A stretch of DNA of 63,852 bases, the filler included, from Chrysochromulina tobinii (Eukaryota): the NCBI GenBank assembly GCA_001275005.1. It is 9 parts of 9 records of this genome, joined end to end, with 100 filler letters (N's around TTAATTAATTAA, not from the genome) between each part and the next. Parts side by side here need not be neighbours in the genome. Positions count along the whole stretch, not along the records: positions 55,777 to 60,209 come from JWZX01000882.1; positions 60,310 to 62,082 come from JWZX01000884.1; positions 62,183 to 63,852 come from JWZX01000886.1; 6 more parts are not named here. One strand, given 5' to 3'. The position numbers were made by a program, and so were the translations under genes. Within the stretch, counting starts at the first letter, position 1. Every line of letters begins with the position of its first letter. Positions 55,917 to 63,852 of this stretch are shown piece after piece. Below the pieces are notes generated by a model. The model was not told the DNA's origin. It worked only from the letters and a program-made list of their open reading frames with translations, and searched no databases.

Positions 55917-58900
55917 ACCATCGCCATCCGGCTCGATCTCGGCGCGCTCGAGCTCGCACCGATCGTGCGCGCCGACGCAAGCGTCTTCGAGCTCTCACTG
56001 GGTCGAGATCGACTTTTTGGGCTTGGGCGAGCCCTCGCCGCTCGCGACGGCGCGTGAGCCCAAGGGCGCGAGCGCGACGCTCGAGCTCGAGTACAAGCAC
56101 ACGATCGCCGTGCCGCCCGGCTCACGCCAGCAGGCGACGCTCAAGACGGCGCTCGTGGGCAAGACGGCCAAGAGCGCGGACGTGTACGTGACCCTCAAGT
56201 CCGCACCGCGGCGTGGCGAGGAGAGGGTCGTGGGGCAGGGGGCGTTCAACCTCCGCTCCGATCTGCTCGGGAAGAAGCTCGACCTCGTCGACGCGCCCAT
56301 TGCTCTGCAGGGCCTCAAGGGGCCCGTGGGCACGCTGCGCATGAGCGTGATCGCTCTCGAGGCGCTCCGTGCGGCGCTGCCCACAAACGTGCTCAGCTCC
56401 ATCGAGGAGGAGAGCGCGCGCCTCGCTCAGGGCGCCGTCGCGAGCGCCGCGACGCCCCAGATGGTCCGCGTCGAGGTGGGCGCACTCAACCTGGCGTCGG
56501 CGCTCAAGTCGGATCCCGAAGTGGGCGAGGTGTGGATCGAGGTGGACCTCGTCGACATTGGCGACAAGGCCGCGCTCGTGACGCCGCACCTTCGCAAGAC
56601 GGCCGCACCCCTCGACTTCAAGTTTTCGCACTCGGTGTCGATCGCGCCCGGCTCGCGCGAGCAGGAGACGCTCAAGCAGGCGCTCGATGCCAAGGATGAG
56701 CAGGAGAGCGACGTGTACTTTGAGCTCAAGACGAGCGTGCGCGGTCAGGAGTCGGACGTGGCGCAGGGCTTTCTCAACCTCAAGAAGCTGCTCGACAAGG
56801 GCGCCGACTTGCTCAACCAACGTGTGCAGCTGAGCGGCCGCGACGGAGGCAACGCCGGCACGCTCACCTGCTCCATCGCTGCGGTCCAGGCCCTTCGTAA
56901 CGCAGTCGCCGGACCGTCGGGCGGTCGCGACGTCGCACGCCAGACGAGCATCAGCGTCGAGGTGGGCGCACTCAACCTGGCGGCGGCGCTCAAGTCGGAT
57001 CCCGAAGTGGGCGAGGTGTGGATCGAGGTGGACCTCGTCGACATTGGCGACAAGGCCGCGCTCGTGACGCCGCACCTTCGCAAGACGGCCGCACCCCTCG
57101 ACTTCAAGTTTTCGCACTCGGTGTCGATCGCGCCCGGCTCGCGCGAGCAGGAGACGCTCAAGCAGGCGCTCGATGCCAAGGATGAGCAGGAGAGCGACGT
57201 GTACTTCGAGCTCAAGACGAGCGTGCGCGGTCAGGAGTCGGAGGTGGCGCAGGGCTTTCTCAACCTCAAGAAGCTGCTCGCGGACGGCCAAGACATTCAG
57301 AACCGCGCGGTGGCGCTCCAGGGCCGCAAGGGGCCTGCCGGCACGCTCAAGGTGTCGCTCATCGCCCTCGACGCGCTCAAGGCACTCGACGGCCCAGTCG
57401 GCGTGGCGTCCGCGGCGGCGTCCCAAATCGGGCCGAGGCTACCGGCGACCCTGACGCTCGAGGTGGGCAAGCTCGTGCTCCCGACGGCGGTGCGGCAGGA
57501 CCTGGACGTGGGCGACGTGTTCGTCGTCGTCGATCTTCTCGGACTGGGTGGCAGCCAGGGCGCAAAGACCATCGAGACCCGCAAGGTTCACAAGATGAAG
57601 AGCCCTCTCGACTTTGCGTTCACCCGGGCCATCGAGGTCAATCCCGACTCAGCCGAGGCCTCCACAATCAAGGCGGCGCTCGAGGCCAAGGAGGACCAGG
57701 AGAGTGACGTGTACTTTGAGCTCAAATATGATGCGGGCGGGCGCGGCATCAAGGAGCTCGGATCGGGCTTTCTCAACCTCAAGAAGGCGCATAAGGACGG
57801 CGCGGACTTCGAGCAGGTGCAGCTGCCGCTCCAGGGCCCCGCCGGCGATGCAGGCACCCTCACAGTGTCCATCCGCGCCGTCGACGTGATCAAGGCCGTG
57901 CTCGCCCCGCCGCTGCGCGGCAGCGCGCGGCAGGAGGCGATGCCCCGCACCAAGCCGGCGGCCAGCGGCACGGGTCGGCAGCCCATCGACACCGTGCGCA
58001 TCGACGTGGGCCGTCTGGAGCTCGCACCGACGATCCGCTCCGACCCGAGCGTGGGCGAGCTCTTCGTTCAAGTGGACCTCCTCGACCTTGGGAGCAGCGG
58101 CGCGCTCAAGACGGCGCGATTGCCCAAGGGGGGCAGCGCGCTCGACTTCAAGTTTTCGCACTCGGTGTCGATCGCGCCTGGCTCGCGCGAGCAGGAGACG
58201 CTCAAGCAGGCGCTCGATGCCAAGGATGAGCAGGAGAGCGACGTGTACTTTGAGCTCAAGACGAGCGTGCGCGGTCAGGAGTCGGACGTGGCGCAGGGCT
58301 TTCTCAACCTCAAGAAGCTGCTCGACAAGGGCGCCGACTTGCTCAACCAACGTGTGCAGCTGAGCGGCCGCGACGGAGGCAACGCCGGCACGCTCACCTG
58401 CTCCATCGCTGCGGTCCAGGCCCTTCGTAACGCAGTCGCCGGACCGTCGGGCGGTCGCGACGTCGCACGCCAGACGAGCATCAGCGTCGAGGTGGGCGCA
58501 CTCAACCTGGCGGCGGCGCTCAAGTCGGATCCCGAAGTGGGCGAGGTGTGGATCGAGGTGGACCTCGTCGACATTGGCGACAAGGCCGCGCTGAGCACGG
58601 CGCACCTGAGCAAGCGTGCCGTCCCTCTCGAATTCGGCTTCGCGTACTCGGTGTCGATCGCGCCCGGCTCGCGCGAGCAGGAGACGCTCAAGCAGGTGCT
58701 CGATGCCAAGGATGAGCAGGAGAGCGACGTGTACTTCGAGCTCAAGACGAGCGTGCGCGGCAAGGACGAGCAGGTGGCACAGGGCTTTCTCAACCTCAAG
58801 AAGCTGCTCGTGGACGGCAAGGACTTTGCGAACGTGGCGGTGGCGCTCCAGGGCCGCAAGGGGCCTGCCGGCACGCTCAAGGTGTCGCTCATCGCCCTCG

Positions 58901-60209
58901 ACGCGCTTCGGTGGATCCAAGATCCGTCTGACATGGGATCGGCGGCCAGCTCGCGTGGGCGCGCGACGGCGCGCGGCGCGGCGCCCGCGCCCGCGCCGCC
59001 TGAGCGCCCGGCGGTGCGCGTTGAGGTGGGCGCACTCACGATGACGCCTCGGTTGCGCGACGACATCAACGTGGACGAGATGTGGGTCGAGATCGACATG
59101 ATCGACATGGGCGAGAAGGCGGCGCTGAGCACGGCGCACCTTAAGAAGCTGAGCGCGAGGGGCAAGCCACTCGATTTTGGCTTCACGCATGCCATCGAGG
59201 TCGCGCGCGGCTCACGCGACGCGAACGCCCTCAAGGCGGCGCTCGACAACCCGTCGGCGCAGGAGAGTGACGTGTACTTCATCCTGCGCTCGGTCGACCC
59301 CAAAGGGAAGGACTTCGACGTGGGCCAAGCGTACCTCAACCTGCGGAAGCTCGTCGACGAGCAGCGCGACGTGGTGCGCGCGCCCACGCCGCTGCTCGAT
59401 CCCCGCGGCCAATCGCTCGGCCAATTAACGCTCTCCATCTTCGCTCTCGACGCTATCCGGGAGGCCACGGGCGAGGCGCGGCGCGCTGGGGCGAGCGCCG
59501 GCACGAGCGATGCCAAGTCGCCCAGCAAGAGCGCGAGCAAGTTTGCGAGCAGCCTCGAGCCGTCTGCGACGTCGCCGCCGCGCAGCAAGAGCCCCACGCT
59601 CCGTGGCTCGGACCGCGAGCTCACCTTCCGTCTGGAAAGCCTCACCCTCGGAGGCGCGCTCCAGAACGATCGCTCGTTGCGCAAGGTGTACGTGTCGCTG
59701 AGCGTGCTCGGCGCGCCTTTCAACACGCCCGATTTGGACAAGGGGTCACCGAACCGACCGATCACGGTCAACTACTCCTTCCAAGTGCCCGTCGAGCCGT
59801 CGTCACGCACGGAGAATAGCCTCCTGAGCGCGATGCGCGCGAGCGAACGCGACCTGGCCAAGGCAAACGTGGTCCTTGAGCTCATGTTCCCCGAGGGCGA
59901 CACGGGACGCCCACTCGCGGTAGGTCAGCTCAACCTGCGCGAGCTCTACGACGCCAACCGCGAGCTCGTCTCCGAGCGCGTCGTGCTCCTCGACCAAGAG
60001 ACGAACGAAGAGGTCCTCTTGACGATCTCGACCAACGTCCTCCCGACCCTCGAGCGCATCATGGCCAGTGGCGCTTCCTCCGGATCTCGCGCATCTGTTG
60101 GTGCATCTGGTGGAGGCTCCCCCGCGCGCGCGACCGCGGTCACTGCCACCGCCGCCCGCCCGGCGGCTGCCGTTGCCACAGCGGCGCGCCCCGCCACTGC
60201 CCTCAGCTA
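55917..60209 (+). CDS. Partial protein with eight tandem C2-like domains resembling the RPGRIP1/RPGRIP1L C-terminal domain
   Basis: Unit: VRVEVGALNL...VWIEVDLVD...LDFKFSHSVSI...LKQAL...DVYFEL...VAQGFLNLKKLL..G.D....V.L.G...GTL.VS..AL.AL. The first unit has a 4-nt frameshift near 55995. Confidence 0.65.
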
Positions 60210-60579
60210 NNNNNNNNNNNNNNNNNNNNNNNNNNNNNNNNNNNNNNNNNNNNTTAATTAATTAANNNNNNNNNNNNNNNNNNNNNNNNNNNNNNNNNNN
60301 NNNNNNNNNAACTGGACAACCTCGACCATATGATGATCGGTTACAGACACCCACCACTATTCTACACATGAACACGGTTGTGTCACCCCCCCCGACGAGA
60401 CACTGTGCTCGGCGAGTGTTAAGGCGTAGAAGTCATGCCATGTAAGCATGCGTCTGGATGATCCCCCCACATCAGGCCGACATTTTCTCCTCGAAATGCT
60501 CCGATGTCGGCTCTTCCCCCCCGCATGAGGCCATCTCCTCTCCCCCCCCCCAAACAGCCGCGTCGAGACCTGAGCTGCG

Positions 60580-62082
60580 CTAGTCAGAGCTCTCGGCTGG
60601 GTGTGCCATAGAGGTGGTGTGGCTGAAGCGGAAGAGTGAGGCCGTGGCGTTGTAGAGGCGTGCCATGTAGTCGCGAAAGGTTGCCTTGGGTTCGATGTGC
60701 TTTGTCAGCGCGTCAGCAGGGTTCTGCTTGCCATCGATGTTGAGGAGTACTACGATCTTGCGCGTGACGAGCTCTTGAAGGAAGCGCACCCGCCGCGCGA
60801 TGTAGGCAAGGCGCTTGATCGACGAGGCGTCATTGGCAGCCATAACGGCGGCTTCGTTGTCGCACCAGATGCGAACCGTTTGATGTCCGAGGACGCCAAA
60901 GGAGACGAAGGCGAGGACGCTCGTGACGGAGACGAGGACAGCGCCGGCCACGGAGGCTGCGAACATTTCAGCGGCAGCCGTGTCGACAGCGGTGGAGTGC
61001 TGGCGTCTCGAGACGGCCTCCATGCAACCACCCGCGAGGGAGATCGTGTAGCCAAGCTGAGCCCGATGCGATTGCTTGTCGACGAACGTGGTGTCGTTGG
61101 CAGTGCGCGCAGGAAGGCCTTTGCCGGGAAGGTCCGAGTCGACCGTGCAGAAGAGCGAGAAGTCGCGGACGTCACCCATCGGGAGGAGGGCGTCCTTGGG
61201 CGGTGTAAGATCCGCTGCACTTGTCAGGTGCGAGGCGCCGTAGGTGACCCCGAGATCCGCACGGTGAGACAGCCAGGCGAGGATGCGTTTGGCCGCGGCG
61301 TAGGATTCGTGCGTCGGCGTGGCCATGTGCGCGCACACTCGGCTGACTCCGTGCGCGATGGCCGGATGGATCTGCTGAATGTAGATCAAGGACCCCTTAA
61401 GGGCGCGGGCGTTGGCGCGCCACGCGATGTGCATCGAGGCTTCGGCGGCCGTCTCCTCACCTGCAGGCTGCAAGTCCATGATGGTCCGCGCGGTGGGCGT
61501 GGGAGGGTTGAGCGTCGAAGCCACCTCGTCAACCAGGTGCATGCGAACCAAATCGCGGATGTGTCCGCCCGCGCTGATGGTGACGGTGCGGTTGACCAGG
61601 TCGCGCTTGGCGCCGAAGCCGAGGATCGTGTGCCACCCCCCCTTGTTGCGAGAAGGAGAAGCCGTGCTTGATGATCTCGGCGTACATCCACTCGAGGACC
61701 GCGGTAGTGGAGGCGCCGCCGATGCCGTCATCAACGTGCGTGGCGAGCACGATACGACCGAGCTTGTGGTCAAGGCGGTAGACAGCCTCATCGTCGAGCG
61801 AGACTTCGAAGCCGATGCTGACGAGCGCGGCACGGAACTTTTTGGTGAAGAGGCGCGCGGCCTGGACGGTGCCGTAGATCGCCTTGTCGAGCTTCATGCA
61901 CATGCGTTCGCCGTTTGGGCCGACGACAGGGTCAAGGCCGGCTGCCTGATCGACGTAGACGTCGGTATCGATGTTGGAGTCGAGGTAGGCGCCGTTGAGG
62001 TCGAAGTGGAAGTCGATCCAGCCTTCGACGACCGTGAGGATGACGACCATCTTGACGGAGGTGCCGCGCGCGCCCGAGGCGA
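60580..62082 (-). mobile_element. Ty1/copia retrotransposon pol fragment (RT-RNase H) with a frameshift
   Basis: FDLNGAYL, LDKAIYGTVQAAR, LATHVDDG, AAKRILAWL, VDSD, VSRRQHSTAVDTAAAEM, IWCDNEAAV, NPADALTK. Frame change in a G run near 61635-61642. Purine tract at 60533-60551 (minus strand) follows the stop. Confidence 0.9.
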
Positions 62083-62182
62083 NNNNNNNNNNNNNNNNNN
62101 NNNNNNNNNNNNNNNNNNNNNNNNNNTTAATTAATTAANNNNNNNNNNNNNNNNNNNNNNNNNNNNNNNNNNNNNNNNNNNN

Positions 62183-63852
62183 CGCGGCGCTCTTGGGCGG
62201 ACCTGCCTTGTGCTCGGGCGCTGGCGCCGTGGCCGAAGGCGCGCGCGGCAGCGGCGACAAGAAGACGGCGTGGTCAGTCCGGCTCTGGGCCACGACGGCG
62301 GCCACGTTGCTCAGCGCCCAGTAAGGCAGCGGTTCCCGCGGGGGGCCGCCGCCCGAGCTCGTTCACACACGTGCTCAAGATGGCGCGCAACGGTTCCGGC
62401 TCCGCGGAGCATGTAGCGCCTCGTCGAGCTCATGGACAACTGACGGATCGCGCACGCGGCCGACTGCTGCGTGAATCCTTCGATGCTCCCAAGCATCGCG
62501 ACGAGCGGCGGCAGCACGCCCGCGTCAAAGAGCACGTGGCGGCCGTGCTCGGTGTGCTGCGCGAGCCTCTCGACGGCTTGAGCGGCCGCGTACTGCACCT
62601 TGATGTGTGCCACAGCGCACAGCTTGACGAGGGGCTGCGCGGCGGCCTCGGCGAGCTGCGACGAGCGGGCGCAGCCGCTCGCGGGGCGCGCGAGGAGGAA
62701 GAGGAGGCGTGCGCAGGCGTACTGGAGCTCGGCCCCTCCGATGCCAGCGAGGCGCACCAGAGGCATCGCAGGCAGCAGCTGCAGGAAGAGCTGCGCGTGG
62801 GACGAGGTGGTCGACAGCTGGAGGATCGTGAGCATCGCGTGCTTCTTCACCTCGGCCTTGAGCTCCGACTCGCGCACGAGCTCCGCGCTCCTCCACTCGA
62901 CCGTCTCCGCCTCCTCGAGGGCGTCCGTGTCCGCATCCAAGGCGGTCAGACTCACAAGCGCTTGCAGCAGAGAAGGCTCCTGAAGCATGCGAGCGCGGTG
63001 CTCTTCCGACTCCCTCACCTGCCGCAGCGCCTGCACACCGAGAATCACCAGGTGCAACTCGGCGGACGCCGCGAGCTCGAGCCAACGGAAGAGGGCCTTC
63101 AGCTACGAGCGTGCCGCGCACCGACGGCGCGGATGTCAGCTGCAGCAGCGCGCGCGCGGCGAGCACACGCAGCTCGTGCTGCCACGCAATCTTGTCGACC
63201 TCGGCTGAAGCATCAAGGGCGAGCGATGCGTCCGACGAGGCGTCAAGGGCGAGGGCGAGGGCCTCCTGCGTGGCGGGCGGTGCGGCGAACGAGAGCAGCG
63301 GCTGGAGCACGCCCTGCTCGACGAGCGTCTTGCGGTCATGTGAGTGCGACGCGTGGATGACCAGCTCGCAGAGCGCCTGCGCCGCGTGCTGCGCGGCGTG
63401 CCGCCGGTGCGTCGCCGCCAGCTTGCCGTCGATCGCCGCCAGTTTGTCGTCGATCGCCGCCACGCCCTCAGGCGAGCCGGCACCTGAGACCCAGAGGGCG
63501 AGCAGCGGCAGCGCACCGCCAGCACGCAGCACCGCCGTTGCCCCCTCTGGGCTGTCGGAGAGTCGAACAAGCAATGCGGCGGCGCACATTTGGAGTGCCT
63601 CGGGCGTGTCGGCGCGCTCGCGCGCCACGAGCGCAATCACGTCGGCGAGGTCCGCGCGCGCCGTCTCATTGTCACGCACCGCGCGGTCACGATAGCGCAG
63701 CAGGTGGAGCAGCCGCAGCCGCTCCTGCTGTCGCTCGCACGCGTGCCGGCACCGATCGTACAGCTGGATCAAACGGTCGAGCGCCGCGCGCTGCTCCTCC
63801 TCGAGCGCGCGCGCGCGGTCCGCAAGCGCGAGCGCCGCTGTCAGCCGTTCAA
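62183..63852 (-). pseudogene. Armadillo-repeat protein fragment with apparent frameshifts
   Basis: ARM-like GGALPLLAL, GVLQPLLSF and AGVLPPLVAMLGS..GFTQQSAACAIRQLS lie in two frames that join near 63100; a further frame break occurs near 62350. Confidence 0.55.

Noticed and set aside
57649..59771. Long antisense ORFs over the C2-repeat gene and other genes
   Set aside because: Expected shadow ORFs of GC-rich coding sequence

Overview
GC-rich eukaryotic nuclear DNA. The window is nine short contigs joined by artificial 100-nt linkers (N44-TTAATTAATTAA-N44): 1-19683, 19784-27982, 28083-33561, 33662-36944, 37045-47414, 47515-55676, 55777-60209, 60310-62082 and 62183-63852. Gene content and intron style suggest a haptophyte alga (inference). 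Recognisable genes: a LeuC-LeuD fused isopropylmalate dehydratase, CDK7/CDKD, an NSUN6-like m5C methyltransferase, Kelch, ankyrin, HSPBAP1-like JmjC, calflagin-like and FG-GAP proteins, a scrambled dynein heavy chain pseudogene and a Ty1/copia fragment. Two systems stand out. (1) About 20 introns on three contigs are built from strand-specific 10-bp repeats (CTGAKKRCSN) that carry a branch-point-like CTGAT. Many are flanked by 9-35 nt direct duplications of the exon junction that supply the GT and/or AG, several share a 3' cap (GATTGCCTCCCTCATCAG), and some are stacked as AG|GT units. Antisense copies instead sit in exons as in-frame (3n) insertions. This looks like an insertion-driven intron-creating process. 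(2) A protein with 10 tandem AP2-like domains whose predicted DNA-contacting strands are hypervariable, followed by a RING finger. All intron and domain calls were made by eye, without transcript or database support.
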